From positions 62,001 to 92,297 of the forward strand of contig JYFJ02001069.1 in NCBI GenBank assembly GCA_000934665.2: 30,297 nucleotides of DNA, given 5' to 3'. This DNA comes from Catajapyx aquilonaris (taxonomy: Eukaryota). Below, piece by piece: positions 1-12,600 of this stretch (position 1 is the first letter of the stretch; every line of letters begins with the position of its first letter). The translations under genes and the position numbers were made by a program. The notes beneath the pieces were generated by a model. That model worked only from the letters and a program-made list of their open reading frames with translations. It was not told the origin of the DNA and did not search any database.

Positions 1-326
1 GGTTCCCCGGATTGTATTGATTGCATTGTGTATGGTATATAGGGTATAGTCTCACGGGCTATACGGGGCTGATACAACGTGCAAAATAAATGCAAAAAAA
101 AACAACCTCACCATACCAATGATTGATCCAAGAGCCAGCCTTACGATCCGCTTCCCCCGGTAATGTCGACCTATAACGAAGGAGTAGCTGCTTCCAAGAT
201 ACGCTTGGCTGTCAATCCCTTAATGAGCGAAGGTGATCAAAAGTTTCGCCAAGACGACAAAAGTTACGGCATGCTTGGCTGCCCAAATTGCCCATCACCG
301 GAAGGAGGCAAACAATGAAAACAGAC

Positions 327-651
327 CTGCGGGGGCAGCAGCCGGCTGATGATCCTCTGCGGCGGGGAAGGGTCGGGGCGTCCTGATGGTGGCCGGGGGG
401 CCGCCCGCGGGCGACGAAGACGACGAAGAGGCAGCCGGGGGCGGCTGCTTCAGCACCGACATTGGCAGGAGACCCTCCACCGGTGAATCCCCGGCGGCCA
501 TGGGCTGGAGGCGGACCAGGCACAGGTCGCCCCCGGGGCCGCCCCCGCTCGCCTCCACCACTTCAACCTGCTGCCCTTTCGTCACCGTCAGCTCCTGAGA
601 TCCGGGGGCCGCTCTGTGGTCTGCTATCACCCAGGTCATCTCTACAGCACC
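327..651 (-). CDS. trio: trio exon 12, SH3 domain followed by Pro/Ser-rich linker
   Basis: Acceptor CCACAG|GGT phase 0; [42 protein letters not shown] is an SH3 pattern. Probable donor G|GTCTGT at 326 (3' boundary less certain). Confidence 0.88.
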
Positions 652-3600
652 CTGTGGTACGAAATGGACACATTTGTAACATCTCAAGTCGAATTCAAAT
701 TCCACTAATTCCATGTACCGGTACCAATAACGCTCGAATATTAAAATGTCAAATGACCGACTCAGAGGGTTGACGTTATCAGTGTGTGTCGTGATTCATG
801 TGCTGCTCATACCATTCATGCGTGTCAGCAAACCTGCGGCACAGGCCGCGCAAGAGTGCAAATACGTGTGGTCGCCCCCTTTAACAGCACGCTATACCAG
901 AATAATGAGCATATTTACATTTATGGGCTTTCAAAAACCTAAATAATGTGCCAGGGAATGTTACTATGTTAGGAATCCTTTTATTAAAACTATCTAAGTT
1001 TATTACACTAAAATAAAAGCTACTGAGAGTGAAGATGTGATCGATACAAGACGTTCATTTATTTCTATATAAACTTGGTATTCCAAGACAGCAACTACAC
1101 TGAAATACGCGAGTTTGCTTATTTCATTGGTATATCAAATTACCCACGGCTGGAAAACATCAGAGTGGGAAAGTCGTAGTGCACACCAAACAAGTCAGCA
1201 ATTTCCTTATATTGGCTTGGGGAAGTGTTTGAAGTGGCTGCAAACGTTCGGAAACCTGGAAAATCCATGACTGCTCCGATTGAACTTCCCTATTCATTAT
1301 TGTTGACAAGTTTCCAGTGGCTAGGTCGCATGCAAATCGTCTGTTGCCCTTTCAATTACCCAACACTTGCAATTGCTGAACCGATCCAGTTCACAAAAAC
1401 GTAATGAAATAACGAGTCTGTAAGTATACGCTTTAACCCCGTCCGATTGCCGTAATTTCTTTAATCCGTAGCGTTCAGAATCGGGCCACGCAGGCAGGAC
1501 CCACGGGGAAAGAATAGGGGAGGGAGAGGGGACAGCCAGCCAACTCCTGATCATCTAATTTGATCGATCTGTGGTCCCGTAAGACCACTTTGGCCAGCAG
1601 GCAGCCAGAAGATCTTGATGATCCAGCAGAACCTAACGCACCTGCTGCTTCACCCAACCTCTGTCCTTTCGCATCCTTTTCTTCTTCCAATTCTTCCTCC
1701 CACGCCTATAGCTTGGCCACACACCAAGGGCTATCGGTCTTTCCCACGGTGACCTGCCCTACTACGGCATCCTCCGCGTAGGTCCTTGAGAAATGACCCT
1801 TGACCTTTGCGAGAGGTGGATCTGGAGGATCCTCCAAGGCTGCTGCTGCCACCGACGATCGATACTATGGCCTAGAACGGGGCAGCCGTGCCGGATAGGT
1901 AGCGGACCAGCAGTGTACATATGACGGTATCATCTACACCCTTTCAGTTATACGGGCGTTGCAAATCCGCCAGCACAAAGGTGACTCCCGGAATATATGA
2001 AGATTTTTTTTTTTTGACGAGTCCCAGAAAAATCTTTGATCCTTCAGCATCTTTTTCCGTTCCCTCTCTGGCAGGAAATGTGGAGGAGTAAAACTTTCAG
2101 GAGAGCAGTCTTCAGAATTATTGAGTGGCCTTGCTTCTCCGTTTTACAAGAGAAAGGAAATGGAAGAAAAAGGGGAAAATATCCGGGCCGGAGTGTCTCA
2201 GCCGTGCTCTCCATTCCAAGTGGCCCTTCACACAATCCGTACACCTTCGAGGACCACCACCGAGGGATTCCCATGAGGCTCTGATTGTACACTGCGTTTG
2301 ACAGTCCAGACCATGATGTACGCACGTTTGCCCCCATCGCAAACGTCCTGGAAAAATTATTTGCACTTGACAACTGCAAGAGGGGAACCATTATTCATTT
2401 TCAATTATACTGCTGCCTTCAATTATCCAGGAAATGAGGCCACTTCCACTAACAAATAATATTAACGGTGTCCAAAAAAATCAATGGGGGGGGGGGGGGG
2501 NGGGAGGTACTGCGCTTTTCACCCAGGGGCTTCTGCCGTGCAATCGGTAAGCCGCATAACAAATGAACTTGCGAATCAATTTCCCCGTCCACAAATAAGT
2601 AATGCGGAAGGTTAGTTCTTCGGGCTAAATAACGGCTTTCATTTTTTCGCGCAATTAGTTATCATTTGTCACGGAAATTCTGCTCCTAATTTGATTTTCT
2701 TCCATAACATCATTTCACTATCTTACAGTGCTATAAGAATACCTGATTAGGTGTTTATCGCGATGCGTCACGACGCCCGTACTGTCGAGACGACACGTCG
2801 TCTCGACAGTATACGAGTGGGTGGGAGTTGACATCATTTTGGATCGCTGCAGGACGTCACTGTCCTCTTCCCTTCACGGGTCGCCGCAGATCTATTTCTT
2901 TCATAAATGGCCCACCAATTGGTGGAGGCTGGAAGCGAACGGCCGAGACTACGCGACGTGGGATGTACCACTTACATTCCGACAAGAAGTTTCCTGGTCG
3001 CTTCATTTGTCACTTCTTCCATTTGGTCGGTGGGCATGTTGTGTGACTATTTTGAAGGAAAAATGTGCGTGTGGTTTTTTCGATGCAGAACAGACAAAAT
3101 CGCGGTGTCACCTTCGAATTTTTTAATCCAAGATGCCATCGGATGGGCGCACGTGCAGACGATATCCATATTTTAATCAAAATATGCACCATAAAACATT
3201 GTCGGATGATAATCCAGAGAAACGACATATAAAGTCATAACGCTACTGGAAGTCATACGAAAAGTCATTAGAAACCTTCGAGCGTCGAGTAAAATGTCTT
3301 CTCAGGACTAAATTAACATCTTCCTAAACTTTCCAAGATCCATATGAACTAAAAAGTGCCTCTCTTTTACGACTTTCTCTAGGACCACTGGAAACCATTA
3401 AGAAGAATACGAAGGTATCTACTTGCGCGCATAATACTCTACAAAATTTGGTTAATAGCCTCTTAGGATATGCGACATCTTGCGTCAGAAGACATTCACG
3501 CATTAGAATCTATTGAAGGTAAGTTTAGTGTTGTCGCCCCTTAGTCCTTTGGTAAGTGAGCCACATTTCACTCTCAAAAGCAGCATGTATTAACCAGGGA

Positions 3601-6600
3601 TGGAAAAAGTACCGCTTCCTTCCAAGAAGCGCTTCTTTTTTCCATGTGCAGGGATAGAAAAAGAACCGCTTACCGCCCAAAGAAGCGGTTCTTTTTCCAT
3701 CCCTGGTATTAACAAATATTTACATCAAAAATGATCTAATTGAAGGTAAGGAATGTGCAATACGCCAAATAGCAGTCATATCATAATTATTCATCAGCAT
3801 GTTGCTTTAATACCACCAGCCCATGAAAGCAGGACGCTGCGTTATATGATTGAACTTTATTACATGATTGAACTTTCTCTTTTTGTCAGCAGGCAATGGC
3901 CGAGAAACATGCCTGTCAGAACGCACGTCTCTTTCGCCATCCCACGATGAGGAAAAAGCGTACCACTAATGTCACTCTCAAAGCATGGACATAGCCCGAG
4001 GGGTCATGAAACGTCACCCAAGTATTATGGAGAGCGCTTGTTTATCTCTCTCTCTTGATTGACTCGCCGGCTGGTTGTTCATTTGACTACTGCAGCTCTG
4101 GCAGTGACACACGTTACCTTGTCACGCCACCACTCGTGCCATTATTTGACCTAATAAGTAGATCACGCTAATGAGCTGCTCCTCGGCTCCCAAGCACCAT
4201 TTAACAAGCGGAGCAAGGTGGAGCAGCAACAGCAGCCAGCCCCGGAGCCAGGCATATGTGCATGTACTGTACACACGTACAAAATACACACCCAGTAAGC
4301 ACGGGTGCAGCAGCTGCGATCGATGGCCCACCCAGCCCCACTTCACCTGCCTGCATTTTGGCCCAGGACGCTCGCATGCTCTGGGCCTACCCCCCCCCCC
4401 CCCCNCCCCCCCCCCCCCCTTCCGTCGAAGGTGCTAGGAAGGGCGGGCGGCCTCCAGCAGGAAAGGACCCCCCTTCCACCTTCCTCCTTCCCTCTAATTA
4501 GTCTTCGCGGGTTAAAGGTCTCTCCCCAATTGGCCAACGACATTAATCCCCCGCAGCACGCCCACTAACTGGATTAAGGCCAGGGTAATAAACGTAGATG
4601 CACTTCTACTCTTATCCCCACTTCCCCCATCTGCCAAGATCAATCTCCAGGATCATCGTACCCTTTAAGAAATAGGGTCGTCGTGTATAGCTTTTCCGCA
4701 TTGCAGCATCCACCCCCATCCCACCCCAGACAGGTAGGTTAGGTTCCCACAACTCGGAGCTGACCCTAAATGTTTAACTACCCAGCTCGACTACACGTCT
4801 CGGCAATATGCTCTAATCGACCTGCAACTCCTTCTCCGCGCTTCCCTGGATTCTGGAGCAATAATGTGGGGAGGCTGCTAAGGTAACTCGAAATCAATGG
4901 GGGTGACGTCATCAAGGTAGCTGCTGCCAAGGCTCCCCACAATGGGGTGCTCGTAGGAACCCCCCCTAGCTCTTGATAAGCTTCTTATGGAGCGGCCGAT
5001 CAAGATCGTGAGCCCAATTTCAAAGGAGCAACGAGTTGATTATTTCTTTCCCCTAAAGTGATGAGAAGAGATTGCAGTCATATTGCTCCCCGATTAATTG
5101 CCACCATTGATTGGCTTGCGGAAAAATCGCGCAGCAAATCCGCTGAAAATAACTTATTAATACAACCCCCTTGTACTCCGGATATAGCGCAAATAGATTA
5201 TAACGGGCTGGGAAATCCGGCTTCGATATCTGCACTCGATTTTACGGTCCCGTCGGATGTAATGGTAATCGTTACAAATGCCATTATTTTATGCGGTCTC
5301 TTATGTTCGGGCTCTATAATGAGCATTCCACTGCCCCATAATGTACTACCGGAAATTTTCGATTTGCCCCGCTGTCGCAATAAGGACACAATAATCATTT
5401 CGCTAATTTCTCCTGCGACAGACGGGGACCCACGACCCGCTTGGACATAAATTGTGGTAAATTGGTCCGAGTTAATAGCTGACCTGCTGTCGAAGAGCGT
5501 GCGCCTGCTGGTTGGCGTGCGCTTCCCGGCAGTGCAGTGACCCTGGGGTGTCGATGGTGTGCTGCCGGGTCAGCCTCCAGTGCGGGGGGTTAAATGAGCC
5601 CTGTCGGAACCAGGGCAGCGAGATCTTCCGCTTGGTCTTGTTACCCCCGCTGCCGCCCTTGCCCCCGCCCTGCTGGCCGGGGGCAGCGGCCATCCTCGCC
5701 TTATGATGGACGCGCCTCTTCAGCAACGACCCATCCCACCAAGTCCTCCTCCGCCACTTGTTCCGTCACCGCCCTCGCACTCACCGCCTCTCATCACCAC
5801 CGCCATCATCACTCGCCTGACAAAAAAGGTGGTCACACGTCCCTTGGTTCACGATCTACCCCTTTAAAGGCAATGGCCGCTAAACCCCCAAATATAGCCT
5901 GGTCAATGAAACTGGGCAGATTTCCTTTAAAATTTCAGGAGGAACACGCCACAAGTCGGCCTACAAATGCAAACTCTCTCGGGCCGGCTGGCCGGCCTCA
6001 AGTGCTCCTGCATAACTGCAGGTGGCCAAACCCCTTTTTGTTCTTGTACACCCTGACATGACGGCACAGCCCGACGTACATTTCCGGGACAGCAATCGAT
6101 CTGGGGCTCTGCTGCCAGCGACTTGTTATTCGGAGCAAAAGGTCCACTACATCTACATTAGTCTTGATCGATCCGACATAATCGGACACTGCGGACAAGA
6201 AACCGAGGGTATTGGCTCCGAATGGCACCCGCGTGACAACGACACAATGAAAAGGGGGGTCCACAAAAAAAAAACCCGGGATATTCGTGCACTTGCGGCG
6301 CACACAGATAAGACCCCCCCTGCTAATCTCCACTCCCGACTATTTTACTTCAATATTGGCATTGTGCGACACAACAGACCACGTATGATAAACCGTGTCC
6401 TTGGCCTGACACCTGCCAGTTCAAAAAACCACCCGGATGCAACGTGTACCAAGGAACCAGCAACCACCACGCGCACTCAGAATAAGAACCGAAGTATGTG
6501 TGCCCCCTCTCAGAAAACCGTCTAGCGATAGCTGCTATCGGCGCTGCACTGCCTGGCAAGCAAGCCCCGTCACTCTGCCCTCCTTCCTCCTGCTGCTTTG

Positions 6601-9600
6601 GGAGCAGGCGCCAGCCCTCCCACTCTCACTAATAAGGGGCCTTGTGTGTCACCATAGATGCGCCATCGCACGTCACCTTGGCTCAGGCCACGCAGCACCT
6701 GCCCCACTCACTTCGCACCTTCCGATATATATGACGGTGGACATTCCTCCACATTAAATCAGCGTCATTGTATGCTCGCTCCATCCCCTGGCGGCAGATG
6801 GTCTCTGTCACCCGGCAACAATCGGATGATAATGTGACACACGCCTGCCTGTTATTATATCAGATGCGGTGCACAGTTCATGCGTGAAGGGTCCGCCGGG
6901 GAATACGTGGAACAAATGCAGCCAGCAGGGGGGGGCTATTATTGGAGGGGGCTCATAAACTTGGGTTGTGCCAATCACAACAAAAGACACCGATATAAGG
7001 CCAATATGCACCGCAGTTTGGCTTGGCGGGAATCCAATCAAACCGGTGCTGCGAGGTGTGATGCTAGAGGTGGACCCGGCGGCGGCTCATGTGCCAACTA
7101 GTTAACATATGGCAATGCCGGTGTGTTACGGGTGGAGGAAATGGCGCAAAAACAAGGTTTACGGCCTGCGTAAATGTTCGGAAAGAAACGGTGTAATTGC
7201 CTATAACCCATCATGATGGAAAACGCCACGGTTTTTACTTGCATCTCAGCCAGATACAACATACTGCATGGCACATGTTGGGAATAGGTACAGTATTACA
7301 GATTCAGAGAAAAGGATGCTATATAAACTTTCTCCATCTCAAAAGCTCAAAACTTATTGGATCAGAGGGAGGAAAAATACCATAAACCTAGTGGCGAAAA
7401 TTGCAATGTTGAGACTCTAAGCAGAAAAGATTGCACAGCCAAAAGTTATAGCACATTCCAGGCCTCTTTCCGCTACACTTTGTTTCAGAAAACACGGTTT
7501 GAAGTAGAATGTTGTGGCGTATAGTCAGTTCTGAGAGTTCAAGCAACACGGTATACGGTGCGAGTCGTGCGACTAAATGTAGCAGAAGTTACTCCATTAT
7601 CTTCTAAATATCTGCTAATTATCTGCTTGAAAATCAGCGCGTTTTCTACGACCTTGATCATGTCAATCGTGTGCCACACTGACCTATACAGTTATAATCT
7701 GCTCAGGTCGTACTGAATATAGCACATGGTGGCGACAAAAAGATATAAAAATCCAACACAGCCGCACAGCAGACAGAAACTTTCACATGGCCAGTACAGT
7801 ATGCCAAGTACGCACGTAGTCGTCGACTGTCCAGTGGAACTGTACATGTATTAAAGGGGACCACGAACATGCCCGACAACCGGTTTCTGACCTCTGATTC
7901 AACATGCAGTGATATAACTTATACAGTACCGCACTTCGCCTAAGGTAATGACCCAGTTTTAAAATAAAATATTAAGTCTCCATGCTGTCGCAGTGCTCGG
8001 TTACACACGTCCAAATAAATAATTCAAACGACTTGAACTATACCTACTGGCTGTCAAGTCAAAAAAACAGGGCCATGCATTATAGATCGTCCTTAGAGCA
8101 AAACACGGCACTGCAGTATTCACAAGCTACCATTATCGCCGTATCCTTAAGAATGCTGACAGAAGAAAAGCATGGTGTCAGGTCTACGAGATAAGAAATT
8201 TACGTGGGACGCTATACTCTATGCGCCATAATTATTTACACTCCATCGCAACAAGGGACGGAAATAATGCGATAATTGTGACACTCAATTTCTAAAAAAG
8301 AATATTCAGACGGTCATGCTGTATTAGCTGCGTTTATTTCGATCAAATCGTACCCAGCAGTCAACGTGAAGGCAATTTACAAGAAGAAAGCATTGTGCAG
8401 CTATACATCCAGAGTAGTTTTCAGCAGATATACGATACTCGTAAATTGATGAACAGGGCGAGGGCAGGAAATCGAAGTCCGTAGGTGTGAAACGGCCATA
8501 AATACCGAGTGTGCCAGCCATTTGCGGAAGGCAGTCGGAAACGAAGGGGGTATACTACCAACCACCTCTAATCGTCCAACTCCGGCGGATGTGCACGTGT
8601 GTTACAGGGTGCTTCAACAAGCACGGTGGCTCAATTAATTGAAATAATACGTGCTGACATTGACGGAAAAAATGGTGGTTAACATAACGTTACAGTCAAA
8701 ATCACAACCAAATTAATGTTAAAGCATCATATCGATTTTTTCATATGTAATTATCATCATTAGCCGAAATATGTATATGCATGTGACTAATAATTAGCAC
8801 TTGCGTTAGATGCCAGCACCTGCAGTAGTCACATTTAATAGCAACATTCGACCTGCAATTTCTGATATATCTTAGCTATATAAGGGACTAACGGCCGCAA
8901 TATGCCTTTGGTTCATTCTCTGTGATTAGCAGTAATTTGATCGTCCTTGTTGAAACATCAGGTCTACAGGGAATAGAGACAAGGCCTATCGCTCAAAATA
9001 TTCAATTCCCTCTCCGACGCTGTATACGGTTCATGCCATCCCATATTTTAGTGCCGCTCGAGTGGTGTTACAGTATAGAAGGCCGTGTGAAATGAGCCGA
9101 GTAATATTGTGTAACTTAACGTGTCTCACGACTATACTGACACGTCCGGCTGCTCATTGCATACAGTGCCACTTAGGTCAGGATAAAAGGTGCCGAAACA
9201 ACCGCCCATGGATGAGTTTATCTCCTTCTCATCATATCTGCATCAAAAGTTCGGTCTCGCAATATCTGCCCGTAGTAATGAATATTGAACCGCATTATAT
9301 GGTCATGCTGCTCCCATGAATATTGGGGGTTATTCACATGTTTTTGCTCTCGTGGCGCGTCAGAGGTATCAGGTGTGACGTCTTGGAAATCGATCGATTC
9401 GCTATTGCGGGCGACGGAAAAAAAAATATACTGCCCATGCAGGTTATACCCTACAATCTGCAACAGGGAAGAGTAACAGATTCAATTTTCTTCATCGCGC
9501 AATTCCTGGATCTACCAATGAGCTTCAGGGCATAGTTTTGATTTTAAATAGTTACAAATCGCATAACCAACAAAATAAATCGATGTCAGACGATTGTAGA

Positions 9601-12600
9601 CTATCGACACAGAGGGACAAGAGACTGCTATAACGTGCTCTAACCTTTTCGTTTTTTCCTGCTGCCAGATTTTCAATCCAATGAGTAGTTTTAGAAGTGA
9701 AAGCCTGAATCCCATAATGCAAATTGATCCTAAGGGCGTTTTTCACTCCAGATGGGAGGGATAAAGAAGGCAGGGTGGGGAAAAGGCGGATCAGGGGATG
9801 ATGGGAAGGTGCAATGAAGAAGGAAATTAGTTTCGACGAAGAGCAGGTTGTGCGACCTGGCACAAATGTACATGGTCTCGCTAGCAGTAAACACGATATG
9901 TTCATGCCCAGATAATCTTGTTTGGCCACATTCAATGAAGTGGCGATCTCAACATACCTGCCATATATTTACGAACGGCTATGACATGCAATCGTCACTT
10001 CCACTAATTCTACAATAATCTTCAATCACCCACATGTTAACCCACTCCTATAAACCTGTCTCAGTCCACGTGTATACAACCTGTTGAAATCACCCACCAC
10101 CAAGAATCAAGGCAAGAAACTCACTGACACCTAATGATCTTGAAAGGAACGAAAAAACTGCTCGTATAATGTAGCGAGTTCTGGAAATAAAACCCCTACC
10201 ATTTGGCACATGAACCTTCTCACGCTTAAGAACGGCAGCCACAGCCAAAAAGTTCAAGACCTAATGTGGCATGCAGTATTTCCATAAATTATTCCAGAGA
10301 GATAGAGACGGGAGTCGGGAATGGATGGTGTGAGGCATGGAACGTGTTAAATTTGAATCGCGCAAGCTATGCTGCAGGGTGTTCATCTCGGATGTAGGTT
10401 GCTTGTGATTACCCAGCGAAATTATTCCAGCAAATTTGGGCGATTTCGACTCCTCTGCAGAGATAATGCTATGTTAAGGTTAGTCGAATTTTTGATACGT
10501 ATGTAATGCCAACCCTCAACTTCCAATGCAACATGGGTCGCCTAATGAGCAGGATGACCTCTACTACGCATGTGTAACCTTACCATGCCATTATCTCCGT
10601 AATGGATTCGAAATTGCCAAAATTAACTAGGCTAATTTCGTCTTGGAATATAGCAAGGAACCTGCATCGGAGAGGAAGTGCTCTCATTTTGCAACACCCT
10701 GTATTGCGAAACTATTATCCCAAGTAGATGGGTCGCCATCTGTTCTTGATAGCAAGATATAAAACAAAGTCTTCTTACTGGGAACACCATAATGCCGCAT
10801 GCTAACACAAACCAGAATCTACTCTTTCACTAAAAATTCGAATGAAGCACTGATAATGAGCAGCTTCCTCTATTCGCATATCTGAAAGTCAACCTCCATA
10901 AGATGTCGTATATTAAACAGAACCGGCAATTATGCGACCACATTTTGAGCTAATATCATAAGTTCCTGAGGGTAGATTAAACAGTTTTGATTTTCTTCCC
11001 CCATCCCGCCTTAGGCTACCTGGTCTTTCCGGGAATATTATGCCATCTCGGGGGAATATAGACGATCTGAAATTATCCAGATTGACTCATTAAAAAAATC
11101 ACGCATTCCTAGACTAACCGAAGAAGATACAGTAATACTACATCATAGCTAATAATAACTATTTCGGGAAGCCTACAAATGAAAATTTTCCGAGTCGAGT
11201 AGTCAGGGGAACGCGCGCAAAGAGGCCATCATGAGCTACTCACATTTGCGGGGAAATTTCCATTAGTTTAGTCCGATAGTTATTACCGAGTACTCTATTG
11301 AATGATGGAAGCATGATGGGTTGGGTTTTCCAAGAAATGGTATCCCAACGCGGATATCCATCTTCAATATTATCGCACAATATCAAGTGTACTTTCTAGA
11401 GTGCTTGTATACAGCGTGCTGCAGCAAATATATCCTTGAAAATGTGCTTTCAGCTTCCATCCCTTTTACAGCTGCAGTTGACCACGCAAAATTTTCAAAC
11501 GAGGCTACTGTAGGAATAAAAGCTATAGACCACAGAATTCTTCGCCAATACTTGGAAATGTGGTATTTTTCAAAACGCATGCCACATCATATGATATTTA
11601 ACACCATGTAAGGGAACGGCGAATGAGGAACGGAAATGAAGGTCAGATCCTCTTAAACAAATTGAAGTCGACATCAAGATTAGTTCCAAGGGTCGATGAC
11701 ATTCACTAATTTACCAAGACGAAAGCTCTGAAATGATTTACGGTATATTAATAGCTCAGATGAGCCATATCTGAAGGTATAAGAATTCTTCAACATTTAC
11801 CTAACCTGCTGAATTGCCTTTCCTTGACACAGAAAAAGCAGCGAGTTTGTTTATTTATCTCGTCCGCTAGCCTTTCTTCCCGAGACGATGGCAAGGCATA
11901 TACAATAAGCACTCTAGTCTCCAGACATATTACTTATCCATTTATGAGATACGACTTTGGTCTGCTAAAGCTGAGGAGACCATTATTATTCCAAGTTAGT
12001 AAACTATTCATATCACGCAACTGAACTTCGGCAGTCCTCCTCAGTGAATTGTCCCCACCTGCAGTTTTTGTCGAACATCAATGGATAAAGTTTGGCTTAT
12101 GAGACCTCAGTCGTTCAAAGCAAATATTTTACCAGACATTCGTTCGGGCATATGACAATGTTCTGCGAAAATTTTATCCCTCTTTCAACTGCGGATTCGG
12201 AGGGGGAAAAACATACGAATGACTTGCAACTGGCTGTGCAGACTGCAAAGGCCCTTTTCGTGGTGCTATATTGTTCCAGCAAAATATCGACATGCAAGCT
12301 ATTGTGTAGTGGTCTTTAAATCGTGCTTATACCACCCACTCATGTCTGGAAAAATCTGGATTATTTTTCGAGAATATCCTTTGGGCTAAGTCTTCACTCT
12401 CTACTCTCCCAGTGCAGGGGCATTGTTGAGTTGTGATTATCAAGTTTGGGAGGATAAGGCTTGGTTACTTGGTCATCTGATGAGATCACTGCCATACTGA
12501 CTTCCAGCATTTTTTACAACACCCTTCTGGCTATGTGCAGTTACACATGGTCATGGTGTCCCACCCCCACCCAATCCAAAAAGTATGCCATGATGAAATG

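Noticed and set aside
1..105. AATAAA followed by an A run as the 3' end of a plus-strand gene
   Set aside because: A genomically encoded A tail inside a trio intron is more like a retroposon tail; truncated by the window edge.
1250..2400. GC-richer block with several short ORFs, possibly a retroelement remnant
   Set aside because: No gag, RT, integrase or transposase motif and no terminal repeats recognised.
2486..4419. Poly-G/poly-C tracts as G-quadruplex regulatory elements
   Set aside because: Both contain N, so length is unreliable; homopolymers alone give no functional evidence.
5594..7101. Cluster of plus-strand ORFs (155, 167, 106 aa) suggesting a nested gene
   Set aside because: No recognisable protein features, several begin at non-ATG codons, and open frames are expected in GC-rich DNA.
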